From contig JAUCBJ010006506.1 of the NCBI GenBank assembly GCA_032718475.1, forward strand, positions 1 to 64,000: DNA of 64,000 nt, in the 5' to 3' direction. Below, piece by piece: positions 13,001 through 28,200 of the stretch. Every line of letters begins with the position of its first letter. Position 1 is the stretch's first letter. Position numbers and translations under genes: made by a program. The notes beneath the pieces are model-generated. The model saw only the letters and a list, made by a program, of their open reading frames with translations, made no database searches and was not told the origin of the DNA. The stretch comes from Nemertoderma westbladi. Its lineage: Eukaryota > Animalia > Xenacoelomorpha.

Positions 13001-16000
13001 TCAAACAATAAATAGGTACCAATGGATAGAGAGAGGTCAAACAATAGTTCGTATTAACATAAAAAATAAATAGGTACCAATGGATAGAGAGATCAAACAA
13101 TAGTTCGTATTAACATAAAAAATAAATAGGTACCAATGGATAGAGAGAGGTCAAACAATAGTTCGTATTAACATAAAAAATAAATAGGTACCAATGGATA
13201 GAGAGATCAAACAATAGTTCGTATTAACATAAAAAATAAATAGGTACCAATGGATAGAGAGAGGTCAAACAATAGTTCGTATTAACATAAAAAATAAATA
13301 GGTACCAATGGATAGAGAGATCAAACAATAGTTCGTATTAACATAAAAAATAAATAGGTACCAATGGATAGAGAGAGGTCAAACAATAGTTCGTATTAAC
13401 ATAAAAAATAAATAGGTACCAATGGATAGAGAGATCAAACAATAGTTCGTATTAACATAAAAAATAAATAGGTACCAATGGATAGAGAGAGGTCAAACAA
13501 TAGTTCGTATTAACATAAAAAATAAATAGGTACCAATGGATAGAGAGAGGTCAAACAATAGTTCGCATTAACCTAAAAAATAAATAGGTACCAATGGATA
13601 GAGAGAGGTCAAACAATAGTTCGCATTAACCTAAAAAATAAATATGTACCAATGGATAGAGAGAGGTCAAACAATAGTTCGCATTAACATAAAAAATAAA
13701 TAGGTACCAATGGATAGAGAGAGGTCAAACAATAGTTCGCATTAACATAAAAAATAAATAGGTAACAATGGATAGAGAGAGGTCAAACAATAGTTCGTAT
13801 TAACATAAAAAATAAATAGGTACCAATGGATAGAGAGATCAAACAATAGTTCGCATTAACATAAAAAATAAATAGGTACCAATGGATAGAGAGATCAAAC
13901 AATAGTTCGCATTAACATAAAAAATAAATAGGTACCAATGGATAGAGAGAGGTCAAACAATAGTTCGTATTAACCTAAAAAATAAATAGGTACCAATGGA
14001 TAGAGAGAGGTCAAACAATAGTTCGCATTAACATAAAAAATAAATAGGTACCAATGGATAGAGAGATCAAACAATAGTTCGCATTAACATAAAAAATAAA
14101 TAGGTACCAATGGATAGAGAGAGGTCAAACAATAGTTCGTATTAACCTAAAAAATAAATAGGTACCAATGGATAGAGAGAGGTCAAACAATAGTTCGCAT
14201 TAACATAAAAAATAAATAGGTACCAATGGATAGAGAGAGGTCAAACAATAGTTCGTATTAACATAAAAAATAAATAGGTACCAATGGATGGAGAGAGGTC
14301 AAACAATAGTTCGTATTAACATAAAAAATAAATAGGTACCAATGGATAGAGAGATCAAACAATAGTTCGTATTAACATAAAAAATAAATAGGTACCAATG
14401 GATAGAGAGATCAAACAATAGTTCGTATTAACATAAAAAATAAATAGGTACCAATGGATAGAGAGAGGTCAAACAATAGTTCGTATTAACATAAAAAATA
14501 AATAGGTACCAATGGATAGAGAGATCAAACAATAAATAGGTACCAATGGATAGAGAGAGGTCAAACAATAGTTCGTATTAACATAAAAAATAAATAGGTA
14601 CCAATGGATAGAGAGATCAAACAATAGTTCGTATTAACATAAAAAATAAATAGGTACCAATGGATAGAGAGATCAAACAATAGTTCGTATTAACATAAAA
14701 AATAAATAGGTACCAATGGATAGAGAGATCAAACAATAAATAGGTACCAATGGATAGAGAGAGGTCAAACAATAGTTCGCATTAACCTAAAAAATAAATA
14801 GGTACCAATGGATAGAGAGAGGTCAAACAATAGTTCGCATTAACCTAAAAAATAAATAGGTACCAATGGATAGAGAGAGGTCAAACAATAGTTCGCATTA
14901 ACATAAAAAATAAATAGGTACCAATGGATAGAGAGAGGTCAAACAATAGTTCGCATTAACATAAAAAATAAATAGGTACCAATGGATAGAGAGATCAAAC
15001 AATAAATAGGTACCAATGGATAGAGAGAGGTCAAACAATAGTTCGTATTAACATAAAAAATAAATAGGTACCAATGGATAGAGAGATCAAACAATAGTTC
15101 GTATTAACATAAAAAATAAATAGGTACCAATGGATAGAGAGAGGTCAAACAATAGTTCGTATTAACATAAAAAATAAATAGGTACCAATGGATAGAGAGA
15201 TCAAACAATAGTTCGTATTAACATAAAAAATAAATAGGTACCAATGGATAGAGAGGTCAAACAATAGTTCGTATTAACATAAAAAATAAATAGGTACCAA
15301 TGGATAGAGAGATCAAACAATAGTTCGTATTAACATAAAAAATAAATAGGTACCAATGGATAGAGAGAGGTCAAACAATAGTTCGCATTAACATAAAAAA
15401 TAAATAGGTACCAATGGATAGAGAGAGGTCAAACAATAGTTCGTATTAACATAAAAAATAAATAGGTACCAATGGATAGAGAGAGGTCAAACAATAGTTC
15501 GCATTAACATAAAAAATAAATAGGTACCAATGGATAGAGAGAGGTCAAACAATAGTTCGCATTAACATAAAAAATAAATAGGTACCAATGGATAGAGAGA
15601 TCAAACAATAGTTCGTATTAACATAAAAAATAAATAGGTACCAATGGATAGAGAGATCAAACAATAGTTCGTATTAACATAAAAAATAAATAGGTACCAA
15701 TGGATAGAGAGATCAAACAATAGTTCGTATTAACATAAAAAATAAATAGGTACCAATGGATAGAGAGAGGTCAAACAATAGTTCGCATTAACCTAAAAAA
15801 TAAATAGGTACCAATGGATAGAGAGATCAAACAATAGTTCGTATTAACATAAAAAATAAATAGGTACCAATGGATAGAGAGATCAAACAATAGTTCGTAT
15901 TAACATAAAAAATAAATAGGTACCAATGGATAGAGAGAGGTCAAACAATAGTTCGCATTAACCTAAAAAATAAATAGGTACCAATGGATAGAGAGATCAA

Positions 16001-19000
16001 ACAATAGTTCGTATTAACATAAAAAATAAATAGGTACCAATGGATAGAGAGAGGTCAAACAATAGTTCGTATTAACATAAAAAATAAATAGGTACCAATG
16101 GATAGAGAGATCAAACAATAGTTCGTATTAACATAAAAAATAAATAGGTACCAATGGATAGAGAGAGGTCAAACAATAGTTCGCATTAACATAAAAAATA
16201 AATAGGTACCAATGGATAGAGAGATCAAACAATAGTTCGTATTAACATAAAAAATAAATAGGTACCAATGGATAGAGAGATCAAACAATAAATAGGTACC
16301 AATGGATAGAGAGAGGTCAAACAATAGTTCGTATTAACATAAAAAATAAATAGGTACCAATGGATAGAGAGATCAAACAATAGTTCGTATTAACATAAAA
16401 AATAAATAGGTACCAATGGATAGAGAGAGGTCAAACAATAGTTCGCATTAACATAAAAAATAAATAGGTACCAATGGATAGAGAGATCAAACAATAGTTC
16501 GTATTAACATAAAAAATAAATAGGTACCAATGGATAGAGAGAGGTCAAACAATAGTTCGCATTAACCTAAAAAATAAATAGGTACCAATGGATAGAGAGA
16601 TCAAACAATAGTTCGTATTAACATAAAAAATAAATAGGTACCAATGGATAGAGAGATCAAACAATAGTTCGTATTAACATAAAAAATAAATAGGTACCAA
16701 TGGATAGAGAGATCAAACAATAGTTCGTATTAACATAAAAAATAAATAGGTACCAATGGATAGAGAGAGGTCAAACAATAGTTCGCATTAACATAAAAAA
16801 TAAATAGGTACCAATGGATAGAGAGATCAAACAATAGTTCGTATTAACATAAAAAATAAATAGGTACCAATGGATAGAGAGAGGTCAAACAATAGTTCGC
16901 ATTAACCTAAAAAATAAATAGGTACCAATGGATAGAGAGATCAAACAATAGTTCGTATTAACATAAAAAATAAATAGGTACCAATGGATAGAGAGATCAA
17001 ACAATAGTTCGTATTAACATAAAAAATAAATAGGTACCAATGGATAGAGAGATCAAACAATAAATAGGTACCAATGGATAGAGAGAGGTCAAACAATAGT
17101 TCGTATTAACATAAAAAATAAATAGGTACCAATGGATAGAGAGATCAAACAATAGTTCGTATTAACATAAAAAATAAATAGGTACCAATGGATAGAGAGA
17201 GGTCAAACAATAGTTCGCATTAACATAAAAAATAAATAGGTACCAATGGATAGAGAGATCAAACAATAGTTCGTATTAACATAAAAAATAAATAGGTACC
17301 AATGGATAGAGAGAGGTCAAACAATAGTTCGTATTAACCTAAAAAATAAATAGGTACCAATGGATAGAGAGAGGTCAAACAATAGTTCGCATTAACATAA
17401 AAAATAAATAGGTACCAATGGATAGAGAGATCAAACAATAGTTCGTATTAACATAAAAAATAAATAGGTAACAATTGAGGGAGAGGTCAAACAATAGTTC
17501 GCATTAACATAAAAAATAAATAGGTAACAATGGATAGAGAGAGGTCAAACAATAGTTCGCATTAACCTAAAAAATAAATAGGTACCAATGGATAGAAAGA
17601 GGTCAAACAATAGTTCGTATTAACCTAAAAAATAAATAGGTACCAATGGATAGAAAGAGGTCAAACAATAGTTCGTATTAACATAAAAAATAAATAGGTA
17701 ACAATTGAGGGAGAGGTCAAACAATAGTTCGCATTAACATAAAAAATAAATAGGTAACAATGGATAGAGAGAGGTCAAACAATAGTTCGTATTAACATAA
17801 AAAATAAATAGGTACCAATGGATAGAGAGAGGTCAAACAATAGTTCGCATTAACCTAAAAAATAAATAGGTACCAATGGATAGAGAGATCAAACAATAGT
17901 TCGCATTAACCTAAAAAATAAATAGGTACCAATGGATAGAGAGATCAAACAATAGTTCGTATTAACATAAAAAATAAATAGGTACCAATGGATAGAGAGA
18001 TCAAACAATAGTTCGTATTAACATAAAAAATAAATAGGTACCAATGGATAGAGAGATCAAACAATAAATAGGTACCAATGGATAGAGAGATCAAACAATA
18101 GTTCGTATTAACATAAAAAATAAATAGGTACCAATGGATAGAGAGATCAAACAATAAATAGGTACCAATGGATAGAGAGAGGTCAAACAATAGTTCGTAT
18201 TAACATAAAAAATAAATAGGTACCAATGGATAGAGAGATCAAACAATAGTTCGTATTAACATAAAAAATAAATAGGTACCAATGGATAGAGAGATCAAAC
18301 AATAGTTCGTATTAACATAAAAAATAAATAGGTACCAATGGATAGAGAGAGGTCAAACAATAGTTCGTATTAACATAAAAAATAAATAGGTACCAATGGA
18401 TAGAGAGAGGTCAAACAATAGTTCGTATTAACATAAAAAATAAATAGGTACCAATGGATAGAGAGATCAAACAATAGTTCGTATTAACATAAAAAATAAA
18501 TAGGTACCAATGGATAGAGAGAGGTCAAACAATAGTTCGCATTAACCTAAAAAATAAATAGGTACCAATGGATAGAGAGAGGTCAAACAATAGTTCGCAT
18601 TAACCTAAAAAATAAATAGGTACCAATGGATAGAGAGAGGTCAAACAATAGTTCGCATTAACCTAAAAAATAAATAGGTACCAATGGATAGAGAGAGGTC
18701 AAACAATAGTTCGCATTAACCTAAAAAATAAATAGGTACCAATGGATAGAGAGAGGTCAAACAATAGTTCGCATTAACATAAAAAATAAATAGGTACCAA
18801 TGGATAGAGAGAGGTCAAACAATAGTTCGCATTAACATAAAAAATAAATAGGTACCAATGGATAGAGAGATCAAACAATAAATAGGTACCAATGGATAGA
18901 GAGAGGTCAAACAATAGTTCGTATTAACATAAAAAATAAATAGGTACCAATGGATAGAGAGAGGTCAAACAATAGTTCGCATTAACCTAAAAAATAAATA

Positions 19001-19299
19001 GGTACCAATGGATAGAGAGAGGTCAAACAATAGTTCGCATTAACATAAAAAATAAATAGGTACCAATGGATAGAGAGAGGTCAAACAATAGTTCGCATTA
19101 ACCTAAAAAATAAATAGGTACCAATGGATAGAGAGAGGTCAAACAATAGTTCGCATTAACCTAAAAAATAAATAGGTACCAATGGATAGAGAGAGGTCAA
19201 ACAATAGTTCGCATTAACCTAAAAAATAAATAGGTACCAATGGATAGAGAGAGGTCAAACAATAGTTCGCATTAACCTAAAAAATAAATAGGTACCAAT

Positions 19300-22200
19300 G
19301 GATAGAGAGAGGTCAAACAATAGTTCGCATTAACATAAAAAATAAATAGGTACCAATGGATAGAGAGAGGTCAAACAATAGTTCGCATTAACATAAAAAA
19401 TAAATAGGTACCAATGGATAGAGAGATCAAACAATAAATAGGTACCAATGGATAGAGAGAGGTCAAACAATAGTTCGTATTAACATAAAAAATAAATAGG
19501 TACCAATGGATAGAGAGATCAAACAATAAATAGGTACCAATGGATAGAGAGATCAAACAATAGTTCGCATTAACATAAAAAATAAATAGGTACCAATGGA
19601 TAGAGAGAGGTCAAACAATAGTTCGCATTAACCTAAAAAATAAATAGGTACCAATGGATAGAGAGAGGTCAAACAATAGTTCGTATTAACATAAAAAATA
19701 AATAGGTACCAATGGATAGAGAGAGGTCAAACAATAGTTCGTATTAACATAAAAAATAAATAGGTACCAATGGATAGAGAGAGGTCAAACAATAGTTCGC
19801 ATTAACATAAAAAATAAATAGGTACCAATGGATAGAGAGAGGTCAAACAATAGTTCGCATTAACATAAAAAATAAATAGGTACCAATGGATAGAGAGAGG
19901 TCAAACAATAGTTCGTATTAACATAAAAAATAAATAGGTACCAATGGATAGAGAGATCAAACAATAGTTCGCATTAACATAAAAAATAAATAGGTACCAA
20001 TGGATAGAGAGAGGTCAAACAATAGTTCGCATTAACATAAAAAATAAATAGGTACCAATGGATAGAGAGAGGTCAAACAATAGTTCGCATTAACATAAAA
20101 AATAAATAGGTACCAATGGATAGAGAGATCAAACAATAGTTCGTATTAACATAAAAAATAAATAGGTACCAATGGATAGAGAGAGGTCAAACAATAGTTC
20201 GCATTAACATAAAAAATAAATAGGTACCAATGGATAGAGAGAGTCAAACAATAGTTCGTATTAACATAAAAAATAAATAGGTACCAATGGATAGAGAGAT
20301 CAAACAATAGTTCGTATTAACATAAAAAATAAATAGGTACCAATGGATAGAGAGAGGTCAAACAATAGTTCGCATTAACCTAAAAAATAAATAGGTACCA
20401 ATGGATAGAGAGAGGTCAAACAATAGTTCGCATTAACCTAAAAAATAAATAGGTACCAATGGATAGAGAGAGGTCAAACAATAGTTCGCATTAACATAAA
20501 AAATAAATAGGTACCAATGGATAGAGAGAGGTCAAACAATAGTTCGCATTAACATAAAAAATAAATAGGTACCAATGGATAGAGAGAGGTCAAACAATAG
20601 TTCGCATTAACATAAAAAATAAATAGGTACCAATGGATAGAGAGGTCAAACAATAGTTCGTATTAACATAAAAAATAAATAGGTACCAATGGATAGAGAG
20701 AGATCAAACAATAGTTCGTATTAACATAAAAAATAAATAGGTACCAATGGATAGAGAGGTCAAACAATAGTTCGCATTAACATAAAAAATAAATAGGTAC
20801 CAATGGATAGAGAGAGATCAAACAATAGTTCGTATTAACATAAAAAATAAATAGGTACCAATGGATAGAGAGATCAAACAATAGTTCGCATTAACATAAA
20901 AAATAAATAGGTACCAATGGATAGAGAGAGATCAAACAATAGTTCGTATTAACATAAAAAATAAATAGGTACCAATGGATAGAGAGAGGTCAAACAATAG
21001 TTCGTATTAACATAAAAAATAAATAGGTACCAATGGATAGAGAGGTCAAACAATAGTTCGCATTAACATAAAAAATAAATAGGTACCAATGGATAGAGAG
21101 AGGTCAAACAATAGTTCGCATTAACATAAAAAATAAATAGGTACCAATGGATAGAGAGAGATCAAACAATAGTTCGTATTAACATAAAAAATAAATAGGT
21201 ACCAATGGATAGAGAGAGGTCAAACAATAGTTCGCATTAACATAAAAAATAAATAGGTACCAATGGATAGAGAGAGATCAAACAATAGTTCGTATTAACA
21301 TAAAAAATAAATAGGTACCAATGGATAGAGAGATCAAACAATAGTTCGCATTAACATAAAAAATAAATAGGTACCAATGGATAGAGAGAGATCAAACAAT
21401 AGTTCGTATTAACATAAAAAATAAATAGGTACCAATGGATAGAGAGAGGTCAAACAATAGTTCGTATTAACATAAAAAATAAATAGGTACCAATGGATAG
21501 AGAGATCAAAAAATAAATAGGTACCAATGGATAGAGAGATCAAACAATAGTTCGCATTAACATAAAAAATAAATAGGTACCAATGGATAGAGAGAGATCA
21601 AACAATAGTTCGTATTAACATAAAAAATAAATAGGTACCAATGGATAGAGAGATCAAAAAATAAATAGGTACCAATGGATAGAGAGAGATCAAACAATAG
21701 TTCGTATTAACATAAAAAATAAATAGGTACCAATGGATAGAGAGAGATCAAACAATAGTTCGTATTAACATAAAAAATAAATAGGTACCAATGGATAGAG
21801 AGATCAAACAATAGTTCGCATTAACATAAAAAATAAATAGGTACCAATGGATAGAGAGAGATCAAACAATAGTTCGTATTAACATAAAAAATAAATAGGT
21901 ACCAATGGATAGAGAGAGGTCAAACAATAGTTCGTATTAACATAAAAAATAAATAGGTACCAATGGATAGAGAGATCAAAAAATAAATAGGTACCAATGG
22001 ATAGAGAGATCAAGCAATAGTTCGCATTAACATAAAAAATAAATAGGTACCAATGGATAGAGAGAGATCAAACAATAGTTCGTATTAACATAAAAAATAA
22101 ATAGGTACCAATGGATAGAGAGAGGTCAAACAATAGTTCGTATTAACCTAAAAAATAAATAGGTACCAATGGATAGAGAGATCAAACAATAAATAGGTAC

Positions 22201-25200
22201 CAATGGATAGAGAGAGGTCAAACAATAGTTCGTATTAACATAAAAAATAAATAGGTACCAATGGATAGAGAGAGGTCAAACAATAGTTCGCATTAACATA
22301 AAAAATAAATAGGTACCAATGGATAGAGAGAGGTCAAACAATAGTTCGCATTAACCTAAAAAATAAATAGGTACCAATGGATAGAGAGAGGTCAAACAAT
22401 AGTTCGTATTAACATAAAAAATAAATAGGTACCAATGGATAGAGAGAGGTCAAACAATAGTTCGCATTAACCTAAAAAATAAATAGGTACCAATGGATAG
22501 AGAGATCAAACAATAGTTCGTATTAACATAAAAAATAAATAGGTACCAATGGATAGAGAGAGATCAAACAATAGTTCGTATTAACCTAAAAAATAAATAG
22601 GTACCAATGGATAGAGAGAGGTCAAACAATAGTTCGCATTAACCTAAAAAATAAATAGGTACCAATGGATAGAGAGAGATCAAACAATAGTTCGTATTAA
22701 CATAAAAAATAAATAGGTACCAATAGATAGAGAGAGGTCAAACAATAGTTCGTATTAACATAAAAAATAAATAGGTACCAATGGATAGAGAGATCAAACA
22801 ATAGTTCGTATTAACATAAAAAATAAATAGGTACCAATGGATAGAGAGAGATCAAACAATAGTTCGTATTAACATAAAAAATAAATAGGTACCAATGGAT
22901 AGAGAGATCAAAAAATAAATAGGTACCAATGGATAGAGAGGTCAAACAATAGTTCGCATTAACATAAAAAATAAATAGGTACCAATGGATAGAGAGATCA
23001 AACAATAGTTCGCATTAACATAAAAAATAAATAGGTACCAATGGATAGAGAGAGATCAAACAATAGTTCGTATTAACATAAAAAATAAATAGGTACCAAT
23101 GGATAGAGAGAGGTCAAACAATAGTTCGCATTAACATAAAAAATAAATAGGTACCAATGGATAGAGAGAGATCAAACAATAGTTCGTATTAACATAAAAA
23201 ATAAATAGGTACCAATGGATAGAGAGATCAAAAAATAAATAGGTACCAATGGATAGAGAGATCAAACAATAGTTCGTATTAACATAAAAAATAAATAGGT
23301 ACCAATGGATAGAGAGAGGTCAAACAATAGTTCGCATTAACATAAAAAATAAATAGGTACCAATGGATAGAGAGAGGTCAAACAATAGTTCGTATTAACA
23401 TAAAAAATAAATAGGTACCAATGGATAGAGAGATCAAAAAATAAATAGGTACCAATGGATAGAGAGATCAAACAATAGTTCGTATTAACATAAAAAATAA
23501 ATAGGTACCAATGGATAGAGAGATCAAACAATAGTTCGTATTAACATAAAAAATAAATAGGTACCAATGGATAGAGAGAGGTCAAACAATAGTTCGTATT
23601 AACATAAAAAATAAATAGGTACCAATGGATAGAGAGATCAAACAATAGTTCGTATTAACATAAAAAATAAATAGGTACCAATGGATAGAGAGAGGTCAAA
23701 CAATAGTTCGCATTAACATAAAAAATAAATAGGTACCAATGGATAGAGAGAGGTCAAACAATAGTTCGCATTAACCTAAAAAATAAATAGGTACCAATGG
23801 ATAGAGAGAGGTCAAACAATAGTTCGCATTAACATAAAAAATAAATAGGTACCAATGGATAGAGAGAGGTCAAACAATAGTTCGCATTAACCTAAAAAAT
23901 AAATAGGTACCAATGGATAGAGAGATCAAAAAATAAATAGGTACCAATGGATAGAGAGATCAAACAATAGTTCGTATTAACATAAAAAATAAATAGGTAC
24001 CAATGGATAGAGAGAGGTCAAACAATAGTTCGTATTAACATAAAAAATAAATAGGTACCAATGGATAGAGAGAGGTCAAACAATAGTTCGCATTAACCTA
24101 AAAAATAAATAGGTACCAATGGATAGAGAGAGGTCAAACAATAGTTCGCATTAACCTAAAAAATAAATAGGTACCAATGGATAGAGAGATCAAAAAATAA
24201 ATAGGTACCAATGGATAGAGAGATCAAACAATAGTTCGTATTAACATAAAAAATAAATAGGTACCAATGGATAGAGAGAGGTCAAACAATAGTTCGCATT
24301 AACATAAAAAATAAATAGGTACCAATGGATAGAGAGAGGTCAAACAATAGTTCGCATTAACCTAAAAAATAAATAGGTACCAATGGATAGAGAGAGGTCA
24401 AACAATAGTTCGCATTAACATAAAAAATAAATAGGTACCAATGGATAGAGAGAGGTCAAACAATAGTTCGCATTAACCTAAAAAATAAATAGGTACCAAT
24501 GGATAGAGAGATCAAAAAATAAATAGGTACCAATGGATAGAGAGATCAAACAATAGTTCGTATTAACATAAAAAATAAATAGGTACCAATGGATAGAGAG
24601 AGGTCAAACAATAGTTCGTATTAACATAAAAAATAAATAGGTACCAATGGATAGAGAGAGGTCAAACAATAGTTCGCATTAACCTAAAAAATAAATAGGT
24701 ACCAATGGATAGAGAGAGGTCAAACAATAGTTCGCATTAACCTAAAAAATAAATAGGTACCAATGGATAGAGAGAGGTCAAACAATAGTTCGCATTAACC
24801 TAAAAAATAAATAGGTACCAATGGATAGAGAGAGGTCAAACAATAGTTCGCATTAACCTAAAAAATAAATAGGTACCAATGGATAGAGAGAGGTCAAACA
24901 ATAGTTCGCATTAACCTAAAAAATAAATAGGTACCAATGGATAGAGAGAGGTCAAACAATAGTTCGCATTAACATAAAAAATAAATAGGTACCAATGGAT
25001 AGAGAGAGGTCAAACAATAGTTCGCATTAACCTAAAAAATAAATAGGTACCAATGGATAGAGAGAGGTCAAACAATAGTTCGCATTAACATAAAAAATAA
25101 ATAGGTACCAATGGATAGAGAGAGGTCAAACAATAGTTCGCATTAACCTAAAAAATAAATAGGTACCAATGGATAGAGAGATCAAAAAATAAATAGGTAC

Positions 25201-28200
25201 CAATGGATAGAGAGATCAAACAATAGTTCGCATTAACATAAAAAATAAATAGGTACCAATGGATAGAGAGAGGTCAAACAATAGTTCGCATTAACCTAAA
25301 AAATAAATAGGTACCAATGGATAGAGAGATCAAAAAATAAATAGGTACCAATGGATAGAGAGGTCAAACAATAGTTCGCATTAACATAAAAAATAAATAG
25401 GTACCAATGGATAGAGAGAGGTCAAACAATAGTTCGCATTAACCTAAAAAATAAATAGGTACCAATGGATAGAGAGAGGTCAAACAATAGTTCGCATTAA
25501 CATAAAAAATAAATAGGTACCAATGGATAGAGAGAGGTCAAACAATAGTTCGCATTAACCTAAAAAATAAATAGGTACCAATGGATAGAGAGATCAAAAA
25601 ATAAATAGGTACCAATGGATAGAGAGGTCAAACAATAGTTCGCATTAACATAAAAAATAAATAGGTACCAATGGATAGAGAGAGGTCAAACAATAGTTCG
25701 CATTAACATAAAAAATAAATAGGTACCAATGGATAGAGAGAGGTCAAACAATAGTTCGTATTAACATAAAAAATAAATAGGTACCAATGGATAGAGAGAG
25801 GTCAAACAATAGTTCGTATTAACATAAAAAATAAATAGGTACCAATGGATAGAGAGAGGTCAAACAATAGTTCGCATTAACCTAAAAAATAAATAGGTAC
25901 CAATGGATAGAGAGAGGTCAAACAATAGTTCGCATTAACATAAAAAATAAATAGGTACCAATGGATAGAGAGAGGTCAAACAATAGTTCGCATTAACCTA
26001 AAAAATAAATAGGTACCAATGGATAGAGAGAGGTCAAACAATAGTTCGTATTAACATAAAAAATAAATAGGTACCAATGGATAGAGAGAGGTCAAACAAT
26101 AGTTCGTATTAACATAAAAAATAAATAGGTACCAATGGATAGAGAGAGGTCAAACAATAGTTCGCATTAACCTAAAAAATAAATAGGTACCAATGGATAG
26201 AGAGAGGTCAAACAATAGTTCGCATTAACATAAAAAATAAATAGGTACCAATGGATAGAGAGAGGTCAAACAATAGTTCGCATTAACCTAAAAAATAAAT
26301 AGGTACCAATGGATAGAGAGAGGTCAAACAATAGTTCGCATTAACATAAAAAATAAATAGGTACCAATGGATAGAGAGAGGTCAAACAATAGTTCGCATT
26401 AACATAAAAAATAAATAGGTACCAATGGATAGAGAGATCAAACAATAGTTCGCATTAACATAAAAAATAAATAGGTACCAATGGATAGAGAGAGGTCAAA
26501 CAATAGTTCGTATTAACATAAAAAATAAATAGGTACCAATGGATAGAGAGAGGTCAAACAATAGTTCGTATTAACATAAAAAATAAATAGGTACCAATGG
26601 ATAGAGAGAGGTCAAACAATAGTTCGCATTAACCTAAAAAATAAATAGGTACCAATGGATAGAGAGAGGTCAAACAATAGTTCGCATTAACATAAAAAAT
26701 AAATAGGTACCAATGGATAGAGAGAGGTCAAACAATAGTTCGCATTAACCTAAAAAATAAATAGGTACCAATGGATAGAGAGAGGTCAAACAATAGTTCG
26801 TATTAACATAAAAAATAAATAGGTACCAATGGATAGAGAGAGGTCAAACAATAGTTCGCATTAACCTAAAAAATAAATAGGTACCAATGGATAGAGAGAG
26901 GTCAAACAATAGTTCGCATTAACATAAAAAATAAATAGGTACCAATGGATAGAGAGAGGTCAAACAATAGTTCGTATTAACATAAAAAATAAATAGGTAC
27001 CAATGGATAGAGAGAGGTCAAACAATAGTTCGCATTAACCTAAAAAATAAATAGGTACCAATGGATAGAGAGAGGTCAAACAATAGTTCGCATTAACATA
27101 AAAAATAAATAGGTACCAATGGATAGAGAGAGGTCAAACAATAGTTCGCATTAACCTAAAAAATAAATAGGTACCAATGGATAGAGAGAGGTCAAACAAT
27201 AGTTCGTATTAACATAAAAAATAAATAGGTACCAATGGATAGAGAGAGATCAAACAATAGTTCGTATTAACATAAAAAATAAATAGGTAACAATTGAGGG
27301 AGAGGTCAAACAATAGTTCGCATTAACATAAAAAATAAATAGGTACCAATGGATAGAGAGAGGTCAAACAATAGTTCGTATTAACCTAAAAAATAAATAG
27401 GTACCAATGGATAGAGAGATCAAACAATAGTTCGTATTAACCTAAAAAATAAATAGGTACCAATGGATAGAGAGAGGTCAAACAATAGTTCGTATTAACA
27501 TAAAAAATAAATAGGTACCAATGGATAGAGAGAGGTCAAACAATAGTTCGTATTAACATAAAAAATAAATAGGTACCAATGGATAGAGAGGTCAAACAAT
27601 AGTTCGTATTAACATAAAAAATAAATAGGTACCAATGGATAGAGAGAGGTCAAACAATAGTTCGCATTAACCTAAAAAATAAATAGGTACCAATGGATAG
27701 AGAGAGGTCAAACAATAGTTCGTATTAACATAAAAAATAAATAGGTACCAATGGATAGAGAGAGGTCAAACAATAGTTCGTATTAACATAAAAAATAAAT
27801 AGGTACCAATGGATAGAGAGAGGTCAAACAATAGTTCGTATTAACCTAAAAAATAAATAGGTAACAATTGAGGGAGAGGTCAAACAATAGTTCGTATTAA
27901 CATAAAAAATAAATAGGTACCAATGGATAGAGAGAGGTCAAACAATAGTTCGTATTAACATAAAAAATAAATAGGTACCAATGGATAGAGAGAGGTCAAA
28001 CAATAGTTCGTATTAACCTAAAAAATAAATAGGTACCAATGGATAGAGAGAGGTCAAACAATAGTTCGTATTAACATAAAAAATAAATAGGTACCAATGG
28101 ATAGAGAGAGATCAAACAATAGTTCGTATTAACATAAAAAATAAATAGGTAACAATTGAGGGAGAGGTCAAACAATAGTTCGCATTAACATAAAAAATAA